From Delftia acidovorans NBRC 14950 (GTDB lineage: Bacteria; Pseudomonadota; Gammaproteobacteria; Burkholderiales; Burkholderiaceae_C), in the NCBI RefSeq assembly GCF_001598795.1, contig NZ_BCZP01000004.1:30001-62000 (forward strand): a stretch of DNA of 32,000 nt, read 5' to 3'. Each line of letters opens with the position of its first letter. The first letter of the stretch is position 1. Of the stretch, positions 24,916-32,000 are shown in pieces. Made by a program: the position numbers and the translations under genes. The notes under the pieces were generated by a model that saw only the letters and a list, made by a program, of their open reading frames with translations, was not told the DNA's origin and ran no database searches.

Positions 24916-25031
24916 CACCCCCTGAGTCGCTGTGCGCCTTCCCCCTCTCTCGCTTCGCGGGAGGGGGACGACACCCTCGCTGCGGGGCGGCGCGGCCGGC
25001 CCAGGCCCTTGCTCGGTGTCCCTGGCTTGGG
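24916..25031 (+). repeat. REP/MITE-like intergenic repeat, copy D
   Basis: CACCCCCTGAGTCGCTGTGCGCCTTCCCCCTCTCTCGCTTCGCGGGAGGGGGACGACACCCTCGCTGCGGGGCGGCGCGGCCGGCCCAGGCCCTTGCTCGGTGTCCCTGGCTTGGG. The core begins 8 nt after the MaoC stop. Confidence 0.85.
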
Positions 25032-25121
25032 ACATGCCGATTTGGACGCCTCGTCAAAGGTGCGCATAGGAGCAAGCAAGACATTCCAGCTTTTGATCTC
25101 AAAGAATCCAACCTCGGCACC

Positions 25122-25931
25122 ATGACTACATCACCTGAAACCTCCCCCGTATTGACCTCCGTCCAGGACGGCATAGGCACGATCACGCTGAACCGGCCCG
25201 AGGCCCGCAACGCGCTCAACCAGGCCATGCGCCCGGCCCTGGCCGCCGCCGTGGCGCAGATGCGCGATGACGCGCAGGTGCACACCGTCATCCTCACGGG
25301 CGCGGGCGGCGCTTTCTGCTCGGGCGGCGACATCAGCCAGATGATGGATGCCAGCCAGGCCGGCCTGCCCTGGCGCCAGCGCATGCGCAGCCTGCACCAG
25401 TGGTTCCCCGAGCTGGTCAACCTCGAAAAGCCCGTGATCGCCGCCGTGGACGGCCCGGCCTTCGGCGCGGGCCTGAGCCTGGCGCTGGCCGCCGACTTCG
25501 TGCTGTGCACGCGGCGCGCGAAGTTCTGCGCCGTGTTCGGCCGCATCGGCCTGGTGCCCGACCTGGGCGCCATGCACATGCTGCCGCGCATCGTGGGCCT
25601 GCAAAAGGCCAAGGAGCTGGTCTTCACCGCGCGCACCGTGCAGGCCGAGGAAGCCAGGTCGCTGGGCATGGTCTACGAGATCGTGGAAGACGGCGAGGCC
25701 CTGCAGGCCGCCGCCGTGGCGCTGGCGCGGCGCTTCGGCGAGGCATCCACGGCCGCCATCGGCATGGCCAAGACGGCCATGAACCAGGCCTTCGAGCTGG
25801 ACGCACGCGCCATGGCCGAGCTGGAGGCCTATGCCCAGACGATGTGCCGTGGCTCGGACTACCACCAGGAGGCGGTGCAGCGCTTCAAGGACAAGCAGCC
25901 CACGCGCTTCGACTGGGACCGCGCGCCATGA
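25122..25931 (+). CDS. enoyl-CoA hydratase/isomerase (crotonase) family protein
   Basis: Start at 'MTTSPETS'. 'GTITLNRPEARNAL', 'VILTGAGGAFCSGGD', 'KPVIAAVDGPAFGAGLSLALAADF'. Confidence 0.9.
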   Translation: MTTSPETSPVLTSVQDGIGTITLNRPEARNALNQAMRPALAAAVAQMRDDAQVHTVILTGAGGAFCSGGDISQMMDASQAGLPWRQRMRSLHQWFPELVNLEKPVIAAVDGPAFGAGLSLALAADFVLCTRRAKFCAVFGRIGLVPDLGAMHMLPRIVGLQKAKELVFTARTVQAEEARSLGMVYEIVEDGEALQAAAVALARRFGEASTAAIGMAKTAMNQAFELDARAMAELEAYAQTMCRGSDYHQEAVQRFKDKQPTRFDWDRAP

Positions 25932-27229
25932 GCGTGCTGTCGCCGGACGCCCTGCAAGAAAGGCTGCAGGCCCTGATCCGCCCCGGCGACACCCTGTGGT
26001 GGGGCCAGGCCACGGCCGAGCCGCTGACGCTCACGCGCGCCGTGGTCGCGCACCGCCATGCACTGGCCCGGCACGGTGGCCAGGGCCGGCTGCGCGTCTT
26101 CGTGGGCATGGGCGCATCGGACACGCTGCAACCGGCGCATGCCGACGCCATCGACTTCTTCGGCTACGCGGCCGGCGGCCCCCACCGCGCGCTGGCCCAG
26201 GCCGGCGTGCTCGACATCCTGCCCAGCCACTACTCCCACCTGCCCGGCCTGATCGACGAGGGCCTGCTGCCTGCCGACGTGGTGCTGCTCCAGGTCTCGC
26301 CACCCGATGCACAAGGCCGCTACAGCCTGGGCCTGGTCCATGAATACCTGCCGGCCGCCATACGCAAGGCGCGCGTGCTGATCGGCGAAGTCAACCCCGC
26401 CATTCCGTGGACGCACGGCAGCCTGCACCTGCAGGCCGGCGACTTCGCCCTGCTGGTCGATGCCGAACACCCTCCGCTGGACCAGGCGCGCAGCGCGCCC
26501 GGCCCTGCCGAACAGGCCATTGCCGGCCATGTGGCCGCCCTCATCGAAGACGGCGCCACGCTGCAGGTGGGCGTGGGCAACCTGCCCGAGGCCGTGCTCG
26601 CCGCCCTGCACGGCCACCGCGACCTGGGCCTGCACAGCGGCGCCGTGGGCGACGGCATTGCAGCCCTGGCCGAAGCCGGCGTGCTGACCCACGCGCGCAA
26701 GAGCCAGGACCGCGGCGTGGGCATTGGCGGCATCCTCATGGGAGGCGAATCGCTCAGGCGCTGGGCACACCGCAACCCCGCCCTGCAGCTGCGCGAGACG
26801 CGCTACACGCACGACCCCGAGGTGCTGGCCGCCAGCCACAGGCTGGCCGCCATCAATTCGGCGGTGGAAGTGGACCTCACGGGCCAGATCAACTCCGAGG
26901 TGGCGGGCGGCGTCTACGTGGGCGCCGTGGGCGGCGCCGTGGACTTTCTGCGCGGCGCGGCACGCAGCCGCGGCGGCCTGCCCATCATCGCCCTGCCCGC
27001 CACGGCCAGGGGGGCCACGCGCATCGTTGCGCGGCTGTCCGGCCCCGTCAGCACGCCGCGCAGCGATGCCGGCCTCATCGTCACCGAACACGGCGTGGCC
27101 GACCTGCGCGGCCAGACGCTGTCGCGCCGCGTGAAACGGCTGATCGACATCGCGGCACCGGAGCACCGCGCCGACCTGGAACAACAGGCACATACCCTGC
27201 TGCGCCAATGCGGCGCAGCCTTTTCCTGA
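25928..27229 (+). CDS. acetyl-CoA hydrolase/transferase family protein (family I, 4-hydroxybutyrate-CoA-transferase-like)
   Basis: ATG at 25928 overlaps the crotonase stop (ATGA). 'LQVGVGNLPEAV', 'AINSAVEVDLTGQINSE' (candidate catalytic Glu block), 'GGAVDFLRGA'. Confidence 0.85.
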   Translation: MSVLSPDALQERLQALIRPGDTLWWGQATAEPLTLTRAVVAHRHALARHGGQGRLRVFVGMGASDTLQPAHADAIDFFGYAAGGPHRALAQAGVLDILPSHYSHLPGLIDEGLLPADVVLLQVSPPDAQGRYSLGLVHEYLPAAIRKARVLIGEVNPAIPWTHGSLHLQAGDFALLVDAEHPPLDQARSAPGPAEQAIAGHVAALIEDGATLQVGVGNLPEAVLAALHGHRDLGLHSGAVGDGIAALAEAGVLTHARKSQDRGVGIGGILMGGESLRRWAHRNPALQLRETRYTHDPEVLAASHRLAAINSAVEVDLTGQINSEVAGGVYVGAVGGAVDFLRGAARSRGGLPIIALPATARGATRIVARLSGPVSTPRSDAGLIVTEHGVADLRGQTLSRRVKRLIDIAAPEHRADLEQQAHTLLRQCGAAFS

Positions 27230-27264
27230 TCCACTGATCCACTGATTCCCAAGGAGACAACGCC

Positions 27265-28473
27265 ATGCGCAGAGCCGCCATCGTCACCCCCCTTCGCACG
27301 CCCGTGGGCACCTTCGGCGGCAGCCTGCGGCCGGTATCGGTCGAGGAGCTGGCCGCCACCACGGTGCGCGCCGTGGTCGAGAAAAGCGGCATCGACCCCG
27401 CACGCATCGACGACGTGGTCTTCGCCCAGTCCTACGCCAGCAGCGAGACGCCCTGCGTGGGCCGCTGGGCCGCGCTGCAGGCCGGCCTGCCGGTGACGGT
27501 GCCGGGCATGCAGCTGGACCGGCGCTGCGGCGGCGGCCTGCAGGCAGTGGCCACGGCGGCCATGATGGTGCAAAGCGGCGCCGCCGACGTGGTGATCGCA
27601 GGCGGCGTGGAGAGCATGAGCAACATCGAGTACTACAGCACCGACATGCGCTGGGGTGCGCGCTCGGGCAATGTGCGCTTCTACGACCGCCTGGACCGCG
27701 GCCGCGAGCGCTCCCAGCCCGTGGAGCGCTTCGGCAAGATCTCGGGAATGATCGAGACCGCCGAGAACCTGGCGCGCGACTACGGCATCAGCCGCGAGGC
27801 AGCCGACGCCTACGCCGTGCGCAGCCACCAGCGCGCCGCCGCTGCCTGGGAGGCGGGCCGCTTCGCCGACGAGATCGTCCCCGTCAAGGTGCCCCAGCGC
27901 AAGGGCGACCCCGTGCTGTTCACGCGCGACGAAGGCTTTCGCGCCGACGCCACCACCGACAGCATGGGCAAGCTGCGCGTGCTCATGCCCAATGGAACGG
28001 TCACGGCCGGCAACGCCAGCCAGCAGAACGACGCCAGCGCCGCCTGCCTGATCGTGGCCGAGGACCGGCTGGCCGAACTGGGCCTCACCCCCATGGCCAC
28101 CCTGGTGGGCTGGGCCGCCGCAGGCTGCGAGCCCTCGCACATGGGCATAGGCCCCGTGCCCGCCGTCAAGAAACTGCTGGCGCGCCTGAACCTCACGCTG
28201 GACCAGATGGACCTGGTCGAACTCAACGAAGCCTTTGCCTGCCAGGTGCTGTCCGTGCTCAAGGGCTGGGAGTGGAACGACCAGGGCGCCATAGACCACA
28301 AGCTCAACGTCAACGGCTCCGGCATCTCCCTGGGCCACCCCATAGGCGCCACCGGCGTGCGCATCCTGGCCACCCTGCTGCACGAGCTGGAGCGCCGCAA
28401 GGGCCGCTATGGGCTGGAGACCATGTGCATCGGCGGCGGCCAGGGGATTGCGGCGGTGTTCGAGCGGGTGTGA
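27265..28473 (+). CDS. acetyl-CoA C-acyltransferase (thiolase)
   Basis: AAGGAGA upstream. 'MQLDRRCGGGLQAV' (active-site Cys), 'NASQQNDASAA', 'NVNGSGISLGHPIGATG', 'LETMCIGGGQG'. Confidence 0.93.
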   Translation: MRRAAIVTPLRTPVGTFGGSLRPVSVEELAATTVRAVVEKSGIDPARIDDVVFAQSYASSETPCVGRWAALQAGLPVTVPGMQLDRRCGGGLQAVATAAMMVQSGAADVVIAGGVESMSNIEYYSTDMRWGARSGNVRFYDRLDRGRERSQPVERFGKISGMIETAENLARDYGISREAADAYAVRSHQRAAAAWEAGRFADEIVPVKVPQRKGDPVLFTRDEGFRADATTDSMGKLRVLMPNGTVTAGNASQQNDASAACLIVAEDRLAELGLTPMATLVGWAAAGCEPSHMGIGPVPAVKKLLARLNLTLDQMDLVELNEAFACQVLSVLKGWEWNDQGAIDHKLNVNGSGISLGHPIGATGVRILATLLHELERRKGRYGLETMCIGGGQGIAAVFERV

Positions 28474-28483
28474 GCTTTCCGCC

Positions 28484-29491
28484 TCAATCCGCCCGCGCCC
28501 CCGAAGCCTTCACGATCTCTTCCCACTTGCGGGCCTCTGCCTGGATGTAGCGCGCGAACTCGGCGGGCGTGGAGCCGACGGGCTCGGCGCCCAGGCGGCG
28601 GTATTGCGCTGCGATCTGGGGTTCGGCAAGCACGCGGCGGGACTCGGTCCACAGTTTCTGCACCACGTCCTGGGGCGTGTTCTTCGGCGCCCACAGTCCG
28701 TACCAGGTGCTGGTGCGAAAGCCCGGCATGCCGGCCTCTTCCATGGTGGGCACATCGGGCAGGGAGGGCGAGCGACTGGCCGAGGTGACGGCCAGCGCGC
28801 GCAGCCGGCCCGAGGCGATGAAGGGCATGGCCGAGGGCATGGAGTCGAACATGAGCTGGATCTGCCCGCCCATCAGGTCGGTCAGGGCCGGCGAGCTGCC
28901 CTTGTAGGGCACATGCTGCATCTGCGCGCCGGTCTTCAGGCGGAACAGCTCGCCCGACAGGTGCTGGGACGAGGCATTGCCGGCCGAGCCGAAGTTCACC
29001 TGCCCGGGATGGGCCTTGGCCCAGGCGATCAGCTCCTGCACATTGCGCACCGGAAGCTGGCTGCCCACGACCAGCACCAGCGGGACATCGACCAGCTGCG
29101 TGACCGGCTCGAAATCGCGGAAGGCGTCATAGGGCGCGCTGGCATAGACGTAGGGATTGATGACGTGGATGGAGGCATTGACCAGCAGCGTGTAGCCGTC
29201 GGCCGGCGCCTTGGCCACCAGGGCCGCGCCGACCATGCCGCTGGCGCCGGCCTTGTTGTCCACCACCAGGGGCTGGCCCAGCGCCTCGCCCAGCCGCGTG
29301 GTGACCACGCGCCCGACCACGTCGGTAGGCCCGCCGGGTGGATAGGGCACGACGACGCGGATGGGCGCCTTGGGATAGCCCTGAGCCCCGGCGGATGGCT
29401 GCGCGCCTGCGGTTCTCCATGCGGCCAGCGCCGCCGCGGCGCCCAGCAGGGTGCGGCGGGAAAGCGCGGGGCCTGTGCGTTGCGTTGTCAT
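28484..29491 (-). CDS. Bug-family (TctC-like) substrate-binding protein
   Basis: 'LSRRTLLGAAAALAAW' twin-Arg-type signal. 'APIRVVVPYPPGGPTDVVGRVV', 'DNKAGASG', 'APADGYTLL', 'VPYKGSSPA'. The ATG overlaps the upstream stop (ATGA). Confidence 0.9.
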   Translation of the reverse strand: MTTQRTGPALSRRTLLGAAAALAAWRTAGAQPSAGAQGYPKAPIRVVVPYPPGGPTDVVGRVVTTRLGEALGQPLVVDNKAGASGMVGAALVAKAPADGYTLLVNASIHVINPYVYASAPYDAFRDFEPVTQLVDVPLVLVVGSQLPVRNVQELIAWAKAHPGQVNFGSAGNASSQHLSGELFRLKTGAQMQHVPYKGSSPALTDLMGGQIQLMFDSMPSAMPFIASGRLRALAVTSASRSPSLPDVPTMEEAGMPGFRTSTWYGLWAPKNTPQDVVQKLWTESRRVLAEPQIAAQYRRLGAEPVGSTPAEFARYIQAEARKWEEIVKASGARAD

Positions 29492-30543
29492 ACCTTGTCT
29501 CCTTGAATGGCGAGTGCGAGCTTGCCGGTCACGTTGCGGCCGTGCAGCGCATCCAGCGCAGCCGGCAGTTCATGCATGGCGAAGACCTGGCTGACCTGGG
29601 GATGGATGCATCCCCGGGCCGCCCAGTCGAGCAGCGTGGCAATGACGGGCTGCAGCTGCGCCGCGAAGGCCTGGCGTTCGTCGGCCGGCGTCCAGCCGAT
29701 GTAGCGGCCGTAGAAGAAGCCGTGCAGCGTGAGGTTCTTGACCAGGGCCAGGTTCATGGGCACGGCGGGAATGGCGCCGCTGGCGAAGCCCACGCTCAGC
29801 AGCTGCGCGTTCTGCGCAGCGGCGCGCAGTGCCTGCAGCAAGAGATCGCCCCCCACGGGGTCGAAGACCAGGGAGGCGCCCCGGCCCTGCGTGGCCTGCT
29901 TGACCTGGGCGGCCAGGTCCTGCGGGGTGACTGCCTGGTGCGCGCCGCGGCGCAGCGCATCGGCGCGCTTGGCCTCGGTGCTGGCGCAGGCGATGACCTG
30001 CACGCCGGGCGTCTGCCGGGCCACTTCCACCGCCGCGGCGCCCACGCCCGAACCGGCGCCCAGCACCAGCACCACATCGCCTTCCTGCAGGCGCGCGCGC
30101 CAGTGCAGGGCCGTGTAGGCCGTGCCGTAGGACAGGGGAATGGGCAGGGCCTGCAGCCAGGGCATGCCCGCAGGCAGGCGGTAGACGGTGGATGCATGCA
30201 CCACCGTTTCCTGCGCAAAGGCACCCCAGTCGGCAATGAAGGCCACGGCATCGCCGGGCTGCAGGTGCTGCACCGCGCTGCCGCATTCCAGCACGCGCCC
30301 CACGCCTTCGGTGCCGGGCACGAAGGGCAGCGGCGGGCGCCGCTGGTAGCGGCCCTCGATCAGTAGGCCCGTGGCGTGGCTGACGTTGGCGTAGGCCACG
30401 GCAATCCGCGCCTGGTGCGCGCCCAGGGGCTGGCCGGGCCGGTCCATGGACTGCAGGCTGACCACCTCGTGCGGCGCGCCGAATTGATTGCAGACCAGGG
30501 CCTGCATGCGGGAGTGCGGGGATGGGGATGCCGGGGCGCTCAT
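29488..30543 (-). CDS. NADPH:quinone oxidoreductase-like medium-chain dehydrogenase/reductase
   Basis: 'LVCNQFG', 'PFVPGTEGVGRV', 'GDVVLVLGAGSGVGAAAVEVA' Rossmann fold, 'HGRNVTGKLAL'. The ATG at 30543 overlaps the CaiB stop (ATGA). An alternative Met is at 30507. Confidence 0.85.
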   Translation of the reverse strand: MSAPASPSPHSRMQALVCNQFGAPHEVVSLQSMDRPGQPLGAHQARIAVAYANVSHATGLLIEGRYQRRPPLPFVPGTEGVGRVLECGSAVQHLQPGDAVAFIADWGAFAQETVVHASTVYRLPAGMPWLQALPIPLSYGTAYTALHWRARLQEGDVVLVLGAGSGVGAAAVEVARQTPGVQVIACASTEAKRADALRRGAHQAVTPQDLAAQVKQATQGRGASLVFDPVGGDLLLQALRAAAQNAQLLSVGFASGAIPAVPMNLALVKNLTLHGFFYGRYIGWTPADERQAFAAQLQPVIATLLDWAARGCIHPQVSQVFAMHELPAALDALHGRNVTGKLALAIQGDKV

Positions 30544-31763
30544 GCCATTTCCTCCGCCGCGCACTGGCGCACAACCTCACTGTCTATCAGTTGATCGATC
30601 TCCTGCGGCGTGCAGCCGGCCTCGGCCAGGATCTGGCGCGTGTGCTCGCCCGTGCGCGGCGCGGCGCCAAGGGATGCACCGCAGGCTGCTGCGTCTGCCG
30701 GCCAGGGTGATGCCGCATACAGCAGCGGCCCGAACCCGGGCTGCGCCAGCGTGGCGAACGATGCGCGGTGCACGGCCTGGGGGTGCGCCACCACGTCGGC
30801 CAGCGTGCGCACGCCCGCATGCAGGGCGCCCTGCGCTGCCAGGCGCTGCTCCCAGTGGGCGCGCGGCTGCTGCGCCAGCAAGGCCTGCAGCCCGGCATGC
30901 AGCACATGGCGGTGGGCCATGCGGCCCGCATTGGTGGCAAAGCGCGCGTCCTGCAGCCAGTGCGGCAGGTCCAGCGCGCGGCACAGCCGCTCGAACTGGT
31001 CGTTGTTCAGGGCCAGCACGGTGATGAAGCCATCGGCCGTGGCGAACACGCCGTTGGGGGCGCTCACGCCTTCGGCGGGCAGGCCGCCGCGCAGCGTGTC
31101 TTCGGCCAGCACCGTGGATTGCAGGGCGCAGCAGACCTCGAACAGGTTCAGCTCCACATGGCGCCCGCGCCCGCTGCGCGCCTTGCCCAGCAGGGCCGCC
31201 GTGCAGGCCTGTGCGGCGTAGACGCCGGCTGCGATGTCGGCCAGCAGCAGACCCACGCGCTGGGGCTGGCCCTGCGCGTCGCGGTTGCTGGTCATCAAGC
31301 CCGTGTCCGCCTGCATGACGGAGTCGGTGGCGGGCCGGTCCGCATACGGCCCCGTGGGTCCGTAGCCGCTGATGGAGACGTACACCGGGTCCAGGCCGGC
31401 CGCGCGCATGCTGTCGTAGTCCACGCCCATGCGCTGCACGACCTGGGGGCGGAAGTTCTGCACCACGATGTCGGCCTCGCGCGCCAGCCGCAGCAGCAGC
31501 GCGCGCCCCTGGGCCTGGCGCGCATCGACGGCAATGCTGCGCTTGCCCGCGTTGTAGGTGGCCGACAGGCTGCTGTGCCCATCGCGCGAGATGCCCACGT
31601 GGCGCGCCCAGTCGCCTTCGGGCGGATCGACCTTGATCACCTCGGCGCCCTGGCGCGACAGCAGGTGGGTGCAGTAGGGGCCGGCCACGCCCTGGCTCAG
31701 ATCGAGCACACGGTAGTGCGCCAGGGGCGCCGGCGGCGCGGTTTGCAAAGCTTCTTGGTTCAC
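30540..31763 (-). CDS. CaiB/BaiF family III CoA-transferase
   Basis: GTG start. 'YRVLDLSQGVAGPYCTHLLSRQGAEVIKVDPP', 'ADIVVQNFRP', 'ISGYGPTGPY'. 407 aa. Confidence 0.9.
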   Translation of the reverse strand: MNQEALQTAPPAPLAHYRVLDLSQGVAGPYCTHLLSRQGAEVIKVDPPEGDWARHVGISRDGHSSLSATYNAGKRSIAVDARQAQGRALLLRLAREADIVVQNFRPQVVQRMGVDYDSMRAAGLDPVYVSISGYGPTGPYADRPATDSVMQADTGLMTSNRDAQGQPQRVGLLLADIAAGVYAAQACTAALLGKARSGRGRHVELNLFEVCCALQSTVLAEDTLRGGLPAEGVSAPNGVFATADGFITVLALNNDQFERLCRALDLPHWLQDARFATNAGRMAHRHVLHAGLQALLAQQPRAHWEQRLAAQGALHAGVRTLADVVAHPQAVHRASFATLAQPGFGPLLYAASPWPADAAACGASLGAAPRTGEHTRQILAEAGCTPQEIDQLIDSEVVRQCAAEEMA

Positions 31764-31895
31764 GGTCTGCGGCCTTTCGCCATGGTTTCCTCCATGCTAG
31801 GGAGGCAGGGCAGGCGCCACAATCCTCGCCAGCAGGCCAGGCCTGGTGACTCCCGATCAACAATGGCCGGCCCCGGCCCTGCAAAGAATGCCGAG

Positions 31896-32000
31896 ATGGA
31901 CCTGAACCTGTGCCGCGTCTTCATCGACATCGCCGAGGCCAAGAGCCTCACGCGGGCGGCCGAGCGCGGCGGCATGACGCGCTCCAACGTCTCGCGCCGG
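31896..32000 (+). CDS. LysR-family transcriptional regulator, 3'-truncated by the window edge
   Basis: My own translation from the ATG at 31896: MDLNLCRVFIDIAEAKSLTRAAERGGMTRSNVSRR. This is a typical LTTR N-terminal HTH. Divergent from the CaiB operon. Absent from the ORF track because it has no stop in the window. Confidence 0.7.
   Translation, partial: MDLNLCRVFIDIAEAKSLTRAAERGGMTRSNVSRR

Noticed and set aside
1-32000. The whole window considered as a mobile or horizontally acquired island.
   Set aside because: There are no transposases, integrases, conjugation or phage genes, and no tRNA. No flanking long direct repeats are present apart from the small REP-like elements. Composition is uniform except for the 14079-14624 gene and the AT-richer promoters.

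Overview
This is a high-GC proteobacterial chromosome segment. The five Bug/TctC-family periplasmic binding-protein genes suggest Burkholderiales, probably Comamonadaceae-like (inference). I support about 31 CDS. I found no rRNA, tRNA, CRISPR, transposase, integrase or phage genes. Layout, in order: (1) a 5'-truncated hybrid histidine kinase overlapping a REC-LuxR regulator. (2) A PACE (AceI-like) exporter divergent from a LysR regulator. (3) An HExxH lipoprotein protease translationally coupled to a small lipoprotein, followed by a PPK2. (4) A lone MhpD/FAH-type hydratase divergent from glutamate dehydrogenase. (5) Bug, acyl-CoA ligase, Bug, PaaI thioesterase. (6) A lower-GC orphan membrane-protein gene. 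(7) A minus-strand operon whose gene content matches the P. aeruginosa-type itaconate pathway: hot-dog hydratase, acyl-CoA dehydrogenase, family III CoA-transferase, MmgE/PrpD, Bug, CitE-like lyase. (8) A divergent operon of SDR, MaoC, crotonase, family I CoA-transferase and thiolase. (9) A minus-strand CaiB, quinone-oxidoreductase-like, Bug operon divergent from a partial LysR gene. I see no convincing defence, secretion or mobile system. The best candidates for something undescribed are: a four-copy repeat family that always starts 0-9 nt after a stop codon in the sense orientation of the upstream gene; the orphan lower-GC two-TM protein; the lipoprotein protease/partner/PPK2 unit; the paired divergent CoA-ester operons; and in-frame coding microsatellites at the N-termini of two Bug proteins. 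All functional calls rest on motifs read by eye and on synteny. No database search was run.
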